Source: Felis catus (lineage: Eukaryota). Taken from it: 64,000 nucleotides of DNA. The translations under genes and the position numbers were made by a program. Every line of letters starts with the position of its first letter. The stretch's first letter is position 1. Shown piece after piece: positions 11,869 through 24,200 of the stretch. The DNA lies in the NCBI RefSeq assembly GCF_018350175.1, contig NC_058368.1:62994001-63058000 (forward strand), written 5' to 3'. The notes under the pieces were generated by a model. The model worked only from the letters and a program-made list of their open reading frames with translations, searched no databases and was not told the origin of the DNA.

Positions 11869-13197
11869 AGATATAGACTTACACTCCCTACAGTCATTTG
11901 GGAACTTGTGTAATATCAATTTTAATATGCACTCTCCTTACTGTACGTTAGTTTTCACATCTGATGCCTTTGAGTCTTTTACATAATCTCAGAGATTCTG
12001 CTTTGCTGTATCTTTTCCCTCCTCCCCCCCCCCCCCAAGCCAACATCCTTTGGTTTATAAACTTTTTTGTATGCTAACTTTTACCTATAATTTCTGAGAA
12101 AAAATACAAAATCCAGCAAACTTAATCTATTTTCTGCAAATGATGTTTTAGTCAAGATCAGGCATATAAGGCTTTATTCATCGTAACTATTATTGTTATG
12201 GGTTGACAGCCATCTGGTCCTTTACGTACAGTTGTAACCAGGTTGTGTAGAAAATTAAGCTGCAAATCAATGCTTTTCTTCAGTTTGGGATTTTAATTCA
12301 GGAGCACTAGCTAATTCCCAAGTTTTTAGCATGATTATATTTATCTATATTTAAAGTACAAAGGAATCCACATGCTGGAAAGTAATTGCTCTGTTGCCAT
12401 AGGGAAAGAGATTAGGAAAACTGTGAGTTTAAGGAAGAAACTGCCTGGGTGTAGTAATCCCTTTTATTATCTACTCTAAGCCATAAATAATTCTATCCCT
12501 AGCCCAATAAATAATTATGTCATGAACTCTAAGGTCAGAGGACTTTGGCAAGATTGTTAAGAAGTACAACGATTAGAAACTTTCCATGTTCCGAAGGTCA
12601 TATTGTCTCTCTTAAAATATGTATTTGACAGCAGTGAACGCGATGCAGATGCTAATGTGCACAGCAGGGGAGGACAATTACCAAAACCATCCATTTACTC
12701 CATGATCTCTAAGTCCCCTTCTAACTTTAAAATTCTATGCCTACGTCTAAATTAGAGTCATTTTCATTTAAATTGACAAAGCTAATCATATGTTTTAATT
12801 AAAATATGTTCCTTCCCTTAAGTGACTGTGTGTCAGATCAGGGAATTATGTTAACGGGGAACCCAAAATTTGTCTAGAAAGCCGGGGTCCTAGAGCAGGC
12901 AGAATTTAGGCAGTGACTGAGATCTCACAATACAAGTGTTCTGGCAGAGCCTGTGCTCAGGCCTTGGTCGATTGGGCAGGGGGAAGACCAATCTGTAGAG
13001 GAGGACCAGAACAAGAATCGGTGGTGAACCGATTTACATGGAGTAAATAGGTAAGGCCAACGTGCCTTTCATGAAAAGGCAGACAGAGCAAGCTCTGGAG
13101 GTGTGAATCTAAACCTGTTTTTCTGTTGGGTTTCTGATTTTCTCCTGCCAGTTTTGCTCCCAAGACAAACTCTCTGAAGCTTCATTTCTCCTAGTAC

Positions 13198-13735
13198 TGT
13201 GAAAATAGTTTTGATCCATTTTGCCACTTTAACAATCTTTAATAATCCTACAGAAACAATTCTAGACAATGTTGTTAGTGGCAGTTCATTAGATTCTAAC
13301 AGGGACCTGCAAGCCAGCAAAAAGGAAGTCATGATCAGCTACTGGGAAATTCAGATGTGTCCTGGTAGCACTCCAAAAACAACCACAAGAAACTTGATCA
13401 AACTAGATAGGCCCAAGATGGTGGGTGCCATGACAGGAAACCCTTGACCAGATAAGAAGAGGTACAAAACTTTGCTTCCAAGAAAACGTTGGTCCAGGTA
13501 ATGAATATTCCACCATCTTATTAACACCTGTCAATAAGATAACCCAAACCCCATTGACTGCAGCTGTCTTGAACTTGCCCATTCTGACATCTTGAGACTG
13601 TGCTTTCACTTTAATAAACTTTCTTACTTGTATCACTTGTCTGCTGTGTTGCATCTGTCCTTGAATTCTTAACACTGAGACCCTTTGGTTGACATCTTTG
13701 GTACAGGTCTCGGGGCCTGAGGTCTCGTCAGCTCA
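13198..13735 (+). mobile_element. Probable ERV1-class solo LTR
   Basis: R/U5-like end gctttcactttaataaactttctt...tgtccttgaattctt. The left boundary is uncertain. Confidence 0.45.
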
Positions 13736-14749
13736 TCAAGAAACAATACGGACAAATCATAAACATATCATAAGATCTGGGACTGGGGTAGGGTGAGTTC
13801 TAGGATCTCATGTGGGTTGGCTAGGTAGTTGGCTGACAATTTAGGGGCTTGCGAGTCTTCTTCATTGCCATTGTCTGCTCCTAGAACCCAGATCTCCACT
13901 GTCAGGCTGAAAAGGAGTCTGAACAGTCAGGCCTCTGATCAGAATTGAAAGGAAAATAATCAGCTCCAATGAGTAGATAATAAATTTGACTCAATTTCTC
14001 TGGAATGTCCTATTTCCTCCTTACCTGTGTAAGGCTCACCATCTCTGAAACCCCACTCCTCATATACAAAGCTTCAATAATGATTCCTGATCAAGGTGGC
14101 CACCTCTAATTCTGAATTCCTCTTTTTCATTAGAGTCACTGGCTGCCTTATAGTAGCTTTTACATTGTTTCCTTGGATGATTTTAACTAATGCAATTTAA
14201 TACTTCAGATGCTTTTCAGAAGTACCCACCAGGACCACTACCTCCTTGAAGACATTAACCAGGAAGTGTAAGATACAATAGCATAGTTCTGACAGGGCGG
14301 TGATTGTGTCCTTCATGTTCAATCATCTGTCACTAAAGATTGCACCCAATAAATACTTGATAAATACATGCAAGTGAGGACAAGGAGTGGACAATCCCTA
14401 GTTCCAAATGGAGTGAATAAGTAGATATTTCCATTATTGAAAACAAAGGAAAGCTGAAGAGAAAAAGATAAATCTTATGTCAAGAATATTAAATATGCCC
14501 ATGTGGTAATCCAGCTGTTGGTACACACATCTCCCCTCATAGATGTGTAATGTGTATTTTTTTCTTCTGGGTGCTAAGTTTCATGATGGAAGAAACTGAT
14601 TTTTGTTTGTTCCTATATAATAGTGGGATAGTGCCTGTCACACACCAGATACTGAATAAATCTTGGTTATGTTAATAACTGAGTTAATTTAGTTAATATC
14701 CTATGCATGCCCCATTGTAGGAGTGTTGAAATGTCATTTTTTATAGTTA

Positions 14750-14968
14750 ATAATGTAGTGTGTTTTGCATGCCAGTTAACATTCTAAGCACTTTGATATA
14801 TCGACTACTTCAAATCTCAAAACTACACTGAAATAGTCACTGTTGGGGTTCCTATTCTACATATGAAGACATGCACAGATAGCTTAGGTAAATTGTCCAA
14901 GGTCACCAAGCTACCAGATATTGGGTCTGAAATCTGAATGCCAACGGTATTTCTACAGGCTATGCTGT
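14750..14968 (-). mobile_element. MIR
   Basis: ttctaagcactttg...cctattctacatatgaagac...ttgtccaaggtcaccaagcta. Confidence 0.6.
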
Positions 14969-15539
14969 TCATCTTATTCTTCTGTTACTTCCGTAATGGA
15001 AGTAATGCTTCATACTTTTATATTGGCTAGACTTTAAGCAAAACAATTGGCTGATGAGAGAAGGATCTGAAAAGAATTTATACCCATTTATACTTGGTGT
15101 AAAAAAGATGAAGAAAAAAAACACTCGAAAGTAACACAGAAGCATAAGCAAGACTGTTAGAAGCTAACACTGGGAAGAAGAGAAAGGAGGAAACATAAAT
15201 GTTTTCTATTTTAAATAGCTCACCCTAGCAGTAATGTAAATGTTCATTTTAATGCTGCCACTGAGGAAAGGGTTTGAATTAGCAGGCTCTTGGAATTCTC
15301 TAAGAAAGAACACACTTCAGTGAGAAGGGGACCAGGGTAAGGCTGAGGAAACTTAAAAAGTGAAACTAGAGGGACATGGTGATAGAAGACTCGTGAATAA
15401 TGAAAACATGTGGGGAGTAACTGTGGTTCTCACACTCGTGGGTTTGAGAAGATGGATGCTAGACCCGTGATCATAAGGATGTAGGAGAATCTGGATATTT
15501 CATTGCCATGATGAATTCAGTTTGGGATATTTTAAGAAA

Positions 15540-16250
15540 CTTAGATGTACGTCCAGCCTCTTTTCGGGGCAATGTGTGTTTAATTGCCTACTTATCACTC
15601 ACACTAGTTTATCTCTAGAACCCCTTAAATTGAACACGTGCAAAACTGGATTCATGAGCTCTCTCCAAACCCACTTACATGTCCGTGTTCTCAGTTTTAG
15701 TAAAGGGCATCATCACCGGTCTGGAAGCCCAGCCTGAATTTTGGAACTTCCTTAACTTTACCCTCCCCCTGACCTCCATACCTTCACATGTATACCATAA
15801 CCCAATTTACCAAATCTTCATACAAATGAATATATATTTTTTCTGTCCCCAAACTTAGATCCTCATTATTTCTCATCTAGATTTAGTGCTACTTTGCTAG
15901 ATTAATGGATGTTAACTGAAAGGTGAGAAAGTGAAACTTTTCTCCCATTCAAAAAAAAAAAAAATTCCTTCTCCCTACTTCACAGATCAACTCTTCACTT
16001 ATACTTAGAACTCAGCTAAAAAATGATTCCACTGGAAACTTCTAACTAAACTTTATCTAAACTAGGATAGGTCACTCAGTTCTATGTCCCCTGTTTCTAA
16101 CATTTGACAACCCCATAATTACCCATTCAGTGTCTGTCTTTCAAACTAAATTGTGAATACCGTGAAAATGTGGTCTGTCTCTGTCTTGTGGACCTATTTC
16201 CCTAGTACCTTACAATGGGAGATATTCAGTAATTCACTAAATGAAGGAGT
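15540..16250 (+). mobile_element. L2 fragment(s)
   Basis: cttaaattgaacacgtgcaaaactgga...; ends ttccctagtaccttacaatgggagatattcagtaattcactaaatgaa. Confidence 0.5.
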
Positions 16251-18859
16251 GAAAAGAGGTAAAGCAATAAAACACCAAAAAACATCCATTTACCTTCATA
16301 ACATGAAAACTTGCCAGTTTACACAGGAACAATTTTAACATAGAAGGTGTACTAGGAGGCATAAAAGGAAAATAGTTCAAATACACTTCCAGGAAGTGCT
16401 GCTGACATTTTAGAGGAGTTGAAAGAGGAAATTGAAACAATTGGCTGAAGTACCTTTGCTCATTCATAGTTACCCACTGACCTGAATAATTGAGAACTTA
16501 GCATCCTTGAAATCTTGTAAACAACGGAATCAGCACTAACTACTACAGTAATGCTTTATTAAATTTCCTTGAAAATGCCAACCACAGATTTTATTCCTAG
16601 CTTGAGCAAAATGGGAAATGTAAAATCACTGCCTATTATCATAATGCATTTGATAATTCCATAGTCCAAAAAGCATTGTAACATCCTAAGTGTCAGCTAT
16701 ACAGTAGTTATATTCAGAGAAAAAAAATGGCCAAGGCCTTAACCCTCAAAAGACCCGGAACAATCTGACAGCCTCTCAGGCAGTTAATGCCACAGAAAAA
16801 CTTTTGGAGGTTGAATCTGACCTGCTTTTCACCCTTGGGAACTTCATATTCAAGTTGGCTCTAAGATTCCCCCTAACTAATTCTGTCTCAGGACTCAAGA
16901 GAATAGCAAAAAGGTATAATCTTTCTTGTCACTTAAAATTCTTCAAGGGATAAAGAGGAGGTCTAAGATGAGTTCTTATAATAAATACTGTTCTTCATGT
17001 AAAAACTTTTTTCTTTGAAGACCTTTTTTTTTATTTCCCAAATGATTTTTAACATGTAACCATTGCTTTTATTCCAACATAGCATATAGACTAGCATTAA
17101 GTCACTTAGAGATTTAAAATCCAAACAGGTGATTTAAAAATACTAACTCATTTTCAACTTTGGTCACTCTGGGGATCTGAATTAGATAAGTACTCCCTTT
17201 TAAGTGGTTCCAGTCATACAGCAGATGCCCTTTTACTTTAAAAAAAATTTTTAACTGTAGATTATAATAAGGGATTTCAGTTTTTTCAGCATGGACTGTC
17301 TCAAAGGAAGAGTTAAAATGCACCAGATTACTAACTATATTGGAATGAGTATAATAGCTTTATGCAGTAAAGAGTCAATGGGGCTAAGATTTCTGCATAA
17401 TGAACATTTTTCACAAGCTGATGAAAATGAATTAAGTGATATCATTTAATAATGCCTAAGTGTGAAAATGAGGTTTTTAGTTCCTACCTCCAATATTCAA
17501 AACCTCATTCTGGCTGGGGAGGCAGTGGAGGAAGCACTTTTGAAAACAATTAGAAGTGGGTACTCCTTTGATGATGAAGACAATCAATATTCAAGTTTGT
17601 CCTTTTGTGTTCACTAGTCAGCTTTATAATTTGTCTCATTAAGGTGTTTTTATTTAATACACAAATTCAGATTAACACCTATTTTTCCCCCGTACGTATT
17701 AAAACCTACTAGATTCTTTAGAGGCTTCCTTCAGCCATGAAAAACTGGGTTATCTTGTAGGAAATGAGGATAATTTCAGTAACTGTAAGAATTCTTAACC
17801 TAAGAAGTAGGCCATCATCGGTTCTGTGTGTATATTTATATTAAATAACTTTAGGAGGCCCAATGTGCTGACCTGTATATAAAAGGAGCTCTTAGAGCAA
17901 TTCTCTAGAGAATTCTTGTTGGACTGGAAGACCCCTGCCTTCACCACCACCCCCCTCCCAGCCCCTACTATGGTTCTTAAGTTGCTCTCTGAGTTCTTTC
18001 GATCTGGCACAGCACTATTTTTTTAAGGAAAATAATCCCAAGAGAAGAATGTTACTGTGAAGACATGTAGAAAAGATGTGGAAGCCTCTAAAACCGGTAG
18101 GACTGTGCTCCAGTGTGGCGTCCATGCTCTCGCCTATGGCATATTTGAGCATTACCATATGCCTCTCTACCAACATTTCTCTGCTAGAGAGTAAGTCCTT
18201 TTTTTCAGACCTTTGAATTGAGCATTTTTCATTGCGTGTTTTTTTTTTAAATCCTTTGTCATGACCATTCATCTGATGTTCTCATATAACGAACTTACTT
18301 TCTCAGATTTAATTAGTTAATATTTCAGAGTAACTTTATCTTTCATTTCAAAAGCCCCTGACCAGGCTGTAGATTCATTGCCCCTGGATAAAGTATTTGC
18401 TCAGGATTAGTCAACTGTAACTAAGGTGAAAAAGGGCAGTGTGTGGTGGTAAAACAAACAACCAAAAAAACACAAAAAATGTGGCCACCACGAGAACTGT
18501 GTATAAGATAGTTAAGTGTTCTCTTGGGGATAGGTATCTGAATAAATTTAACATAAGAAATGGACTTATTTGATACTGTCTATTAAATTGTAAACATTTT
18601 TATTTGGATGACATAATGGCAGTAGTAAGGAAAAACACATTGTTTTGAATAACTGCAGTTTCCAGTTTAATAGAGCTCTGTATTTTTCACTGTAATCTAA
18701 AAACAGTGGAAATTAATATCTTGTATATAAAATTTTGAGAAATAATTGAGTAGCTCCACTTCTCTCCATTATTATGAAATAATTTTACTAAAGTGTTTTT
18801 AACGCTTCATAATATGGATGCTAAGTTAATTTTTGCTCCGGATTAAATCAGATACAAAC

Positions 18860-19061
18860 TTTTATTTAAAAAAAAAATTTTTTTAATGTATACTGTGGGA
18901 GTGGGAGAGGGACAGAGAGAGACTGAGACACAGAATCTGAAGCAGGTTCCAGGCTCCAAGCTAGCAGCAAAAGCCCGATGCAGGGCTCAAACTTATGAAC
19001 CAGCAAGCTCATGACCTGAGCTGAAGTTGGCCACTTAACTGACTGAGGCACCCAGACACCC
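18860..19061 (-). mobile_element. Can-SINE
   Basis: Reverse SINE body; TSD cagatacaaac at 18849-18859 and 19062-19072. Confidence 0.93.
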
Positions 19062-19934
19062 CAGATACAAACCTTAATAAAAACATTTTCAGATGTTACT
19101 AATGACACTTTGAGAAATAGATAACCATAACCAAATATAATTGACTTTCTTACAGCAGACATTAGTGAAATGTACCCATTCTTTGCTTCTTTCAACATGT
19201 CCTTTAATTGCAGATCATTTTAATATTAATCTCAATTTGTATTTTGTTCTTATAAAGTTGCTCCTTTATTTCTTGTTTTGAAATAAGATACACATTTAAA
19301 ACATGAATTTCTGTCCATTTTTAAAAATTTTATAAGCTCCTTCTCCATGAGGACAGGTCATAATTGCTTTTATCTAACTCACGTTGCATAAGCATTCAAT
19401 ATGCCTAGTCTGGACTTTAGACATATTATACATACTGTTATTATTCTTATTACTATGTGGTACATACTTTTCCAAAATGACATGCCACTGTACTAAACAT
19501 GTCTGATACTCCTAAAATTTACATTTTCCTTCTTATCTTTTCATTTCACCTTACCACCTTTTCAGTGATACTTTCTCAAAAGGAATTCTCAAGCTCAGAT
19601 AACTTTAAAGATAGAAAAAAACTTTTAGAAATGAATTATCAAATGGTATTTAAAATTTTGTATGTTTGAATGTGAGCATATCCAGAAAAGGCAGATGTAA
19701 TTAGTGACAAAAAACAAAATAAATTGTTCCAATCAAGGCATCTTTTTATTATTTCATTCTGTGTAGGTTATTATAATTGTGAAACGTATGGATTCTGTAG
19801 TATCAATATGTCTCTAAATCCTTTTTGATTCCCTTTGAAAATCTCCGGTAGAAGACAAATGGGTTGGTGGGTTACAAATAATATCTCAACAGTTCATTGT
19901 AATAACATAATATTTAAATATAGTTATTTAGTTC

Positions 19935-20141
19935 TTTGTTTTTTAAATATTTTTTTGACAATTCAAGAGAGAGCCTGAGCCAGGTGAGGGGCAGAGAGAG
20001 AGGGAGACACAGAATCCAAAGCAGGCTCCAAGCTCTGAGCTGTCAACACAGAGCCCAAAGTGGGGCTCGAACTCACAAGCAGTGAGATCATGACCTGAGC
20101 CAAAGTCAGACGCTTAACTGACTAAGCCACCCAGGCGCCCC
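19935..20141 (-). mobile_element. Can-SINE
   Basis: Ends ...cgcttaactgactaagccacccaggcgcccc at 20141. Confidence 0.93.
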
Positions 20142-20254
20142 TAAATCTATTTTATAAAAATAAAATATTGTGGAATATTCAGAAAATAGGCTACTTTTAG
20201 CACCTAAGACTTAATCATTAAAATTTACTTTAAAAATAAAAATTACTAACTTTA

Positions 20255-20460
20255 GGGGCTCCTGGGTGATTCATTTAAGTGTTCAACTTTTGATTTCAGC
20301 TCAGGTCATGACCTCACAGTTTGTGCATTCAAGCCTTGCATCGGGCTCTGCCCTGATGGTGTGGAGCCTGCTTGGGATTCTCTCTCTCCCTCTCTCTCTC
20401 TCTCTGTCTCTGTCCCTCCCCTGCTCATGCATGTTCTCTCTCTCTCAAACTTTAAAAAAA
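20255..20460 (+). mobile_element. Can-SINE
   Basis: ggggctcctgggtgattcatttaag...cagctcaggtcatgacctcac...(CT)n...A tail. Confidence 0.92.
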
Positions 20461-20679
20461 GTTACTTTAAAATTCCCCTGTCCTGACACAGTCCTTGACC
20501 TATTATGTGCTCTTGATAAATATTTGTTGAATAAATGAACACCCAAGGTTAAAAAAAAAAAAAGTTACCTGATTCTAGTAAAGGTGGTTATCTACCATTT
20601 AATGGCTTACCAGAGCCCTTTCAGATGCATAATGAAACAATTTCCAAGAGCATATACTTTACAAAATACACATAAGTGG

Positions 20680-21240
20680 TCTTTTCTGAGGGGCATATTA
20701 GAAAAAGCCTGTGGATCCTAAGAAACTTAACAGAAGACCATGGGGGAGGGGAGGGGGGAAAAAAGGGAGGGAGCCAAACCATAAGAGACTCTTAAAGACT
20801 GAGAATAAACTGAGGGTTGATGGGGGGGGGGGTGGTAGGGAGGGTAAAGTGGGTGATGGGCATTGAGGAGGGTGCCTGTTGGGGTGAGCACTGGGTGTTG
20901 TATGGAAACCAATTTGACAATAAATTTCATATTAAAAAAAAGAAAAATCCTGTGGACTGATAAGTGATTCTGATGAGGGCTCAGAAAGGAAAAGGGACCT
21001 GTAGAGAGGTTCCATTGTAGAGAATACATAAGTTATCATATACAGAACTTTGATAGAAATATGGGTGGTGAAGACCATTCTGATGAGGTCTCAGAGGAAA
21101 ATGAGGAACATGTTACTGGACAATGGAGAAAAGGTGGTTATTGTTATAAAGTGACCAAGAACTTTGCTGAATTCTGTTCATGTTCTAGTGTTTTGTGGAA
21201 GGTAGAATTTGTCAGTGATAAAATTGGATATTTATGTGAG
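20680..21240 (+). mobile_element. MaLR internal (MLT1-int-like) fragment, left part; contains a short L1
   Basis: gattctgatgagggctcagaaa...ccattctgatgaggtctcagaggaaaatgaggaacatgtt...gataaaattggatattta matches the recalled MLT1-int consensus. Confidence 0.75.
20716..20940 (+). mobile_element. 5'-truncated felid L1 (3'UTR only) with TSD
   Basis: agaaacttaacagaagaccatgggg...gacaataaatttcatattaaaaaaa. TSD agaaaaagcctgtgga (20700-20715) / agaaaaatcctgtgga (20941-20956). Confidence 0.92.
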
Positions 21241-21242
21241 TT

Positions 21243-24200
21243 GTTTTTTTTTTTTTTTTTTTTACTGTAGTTGACATACAGTGTTGCATTAGTTTCATGT
21301 GCACAGCTTAGTGATAGGACAAGCTTGTACATTATGCTAAGTTCACCACAAGTATAGCTATGATCAACATCATTGATCATGTTCCTTATGCTCTGCTTTT
21401 TATTCCAGTGACTTACTCCATAACTAGAGGCCTGTATCTCCCTGCCTACTGCACCCCTTTTGCCCAACCCCTCCCCATCCCTCCGGCAACAACCAGTTCT
21501 TTGTATTTATAGTTCTGATTCTGCTTTTTGTTTGTTCATTTTTCTTTAGATTCCATTTATGAGTGGGGATATATGGTATTTGTCTTTCTCAGTCTAACTT
21601 ATTTTACTTGGCATAATACCCTATAGGTCCACCCATGTTGTCTTAAATGGAATGATCTCATCCTTTTTTGGCTGTGTGATATTCCAGTGTGTGTATGTAC
21701 ACACATACATATACGCCATTTATTCTTTATCCATTCATGTATTAATGGGCACTTAGGTTGTTTTCAAGTCTTGCCTATTATATATAATGCTATGATGAGC
21801 ATTAAATATGGAGTTGTATATATCTTTTTGAGTTAGTATTTTCATTTTCTCTGGGTAAATGCCCAATTATGCAATTATTGGATTATAAGGTATTCCTATT
21901 TTTAATTTTTTGAGGAATCTCCATATTGTTTCCCGTGGTGACTGTACCAGTTTGCATTCCCAGCAACAGTGCACAAGGGTTCCTGTTTCTCCACATCCTC
22001 ACCAACACTTCTTTTTGATCTTACACATTCTAACAGGTGTGAAGTCATATCTTATTGTGGTTTTGATTTGCATTTCCCTGATGAGTGATGTTCAGCATCT
22101 TTTCATGTGCCTGTACACCATCTGTATGTCTTATTTGGAAAAGTGTCTGTCATATCTTCTGCCCATCTTTAAATTAGATTGTTCGGGTTTTTTGGTGTCG
22201 AGTTGTATAAGTTTTTATACATTTTGGATATTAACCCCATAGAAGGCACATCATTTGCAAGAATCTTCTCCCATTCAGTAGATTGCCTTTTTGTTTTCTC
22301 AAAGGATTCCTTTGTTGTGCAAAAAGCTTTTTATTTTGCTGTAGTCCCGATAGTTTATTTTTGCTTTCTAGAAAAATACTGTGATGGACAATGTCAGAGA
22401 AATCTCTTCTGGGATTTTTATGGTTTCAGGTCTCACATTTAGATCTTTAGTCCATTGTCGGTTTATTTTTGTGTATCATGCTCAAAAGTGATCCAGTTTC
22501 ACTCTTACACATGTAGCTGGCAGTGTTCTAGCACCGCTTATTGAAGAGACTTTTCGCCATGTATATTCTCACCTCCTTTGTCCTAGATTGACCATATAAT
22601 GGGGTTATTTCTGGATTCTCGATTCCGTTCTATTGATCTATGTGCCAGTAAAATACTATTTTCATTACAGCTTTTGGTATCTATTGAAATCTGGTATTGT
22701 AATACCTGAAGCTTGTTCTTTCTCAGGAGTGCTTTGGCTAGTCACTATTCAGTGGTTCCATATACATTTCAGTAGCACTGAACCTTTGTGAAAATTGCTG
22801 TTGCTATTTTGATAGGGGTCACATTGAATTTGTATATTGCTTTGAGTAATATGGACATTTTGACAATATTCTTCCAATACGTGAACATGGAAAGTATTTC
22901 CATTTGTTTGTGTCATCTTCGATTTCTGTCATCAGTATTTTATAATTTTCAGAGTACACATCATTCACCTCCTTGATTCAGTTTATTCCAAGGTATTTTG
23001 CTCTTTTTGGTGCAAATGCAAATGCTTTTTACAATTTTTCTATATCTGACTTCATTGTATATAGAAACACTACCAATTCGTATTAATTGTGTTAATTTTA
23101 ATTGTATTAGTTTTGCATCCTGCCACTTTGCTAAATCTGTTTATTTTAGTGTTTTTTGTTTTGTTTGTTTGTTTTGGTTTTTTTTGTAGAGTCTAGGATT
23201 TTCTATGCCTGTTACCAGTAAATAGTGACAATGTAACTTCTTTATCACGGCTGCTCCTTATTTCTTGTCTGATTGCTGCGGCTAGGACTTCCAGGACTAT
23301 GTGGAATAAAAGTGGTGAGAATGGACATCCTGATCTTAAAGGAAGCTCTTTTTAGTGCTGAGTATAATGTTGGCTGTGTGTTTTTCGCATATGGCCTTTA
23401 TAATATTGAGGTATGTTTTCTCTAACTTCATTTTGTTGAGAGTTTTTATTGTGAATGGATGTTGAATTTTGTCAAATACTTGTGCATCTGTTGAGAAGAC
23501 TGCATGATTTTTATCCTTTTCTTGAAGTGGTACATGTATGGCATTGGTTTTGTGAATATTAAAACATGTTGCATCTCAGTAATTTTACTTGATCATGGCA
23601 AATAATCTTTTAAATGTAGTGTTGTATGCAGTTTGCTACTATTTTGTGGAGGATTTTTGCATCTATGTTCATCAGGGATGTTTGTGGGGTCTTTTTCTGG
23701 TTTTTGTACCTTGGTAATGCTTCCTAGAATGTATTTCGAAACTCTCCTTCCTCTTCTATTTTTTTGGAATAATTTGAGAAGAATAGGTATTACTCTCCTC
23801 TAAATACTTGGTAGAATTCACATGTGGATCCATCTCATCCTGGAGTTTTATTTTTTGGTAGTTTTTTGATTACTGATCCAATTTTGTAACTTGTAAACAG
23901 CCTGTTCAGATTTTATATTTGTTCCTGGTTCAGTTTTGGAAGATAATTGTTTCTAGGAGTTTATACATTTCTCCTATGTTGTCCAGTTTGTTGTCATATA
24001 ATTTTTATAGTATTCTTTTAACATCTTTTGTATTTGTGATATTTGTTGTTCCTTCTCTCATTTCTGATTTTATTTATTGGTGGTTTTTCTCTTTTTTTTC
24101 TTGATGAGTCTGGCTAAGGGTTTGTCAGTTTTGTTTTGTTTTCCAAAGAACCAGCTCTTGGTTACATTGATTTTTTTTTCTTTTCTATTGTTTTTAGTCT

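Noticed and set aside
12830..13110. Possible old LTR fragment, including a 7-bp hairpin aatcggt/accgatt
   Set aside because: I could not assign a family, and the hairpin is short enough to be chance.
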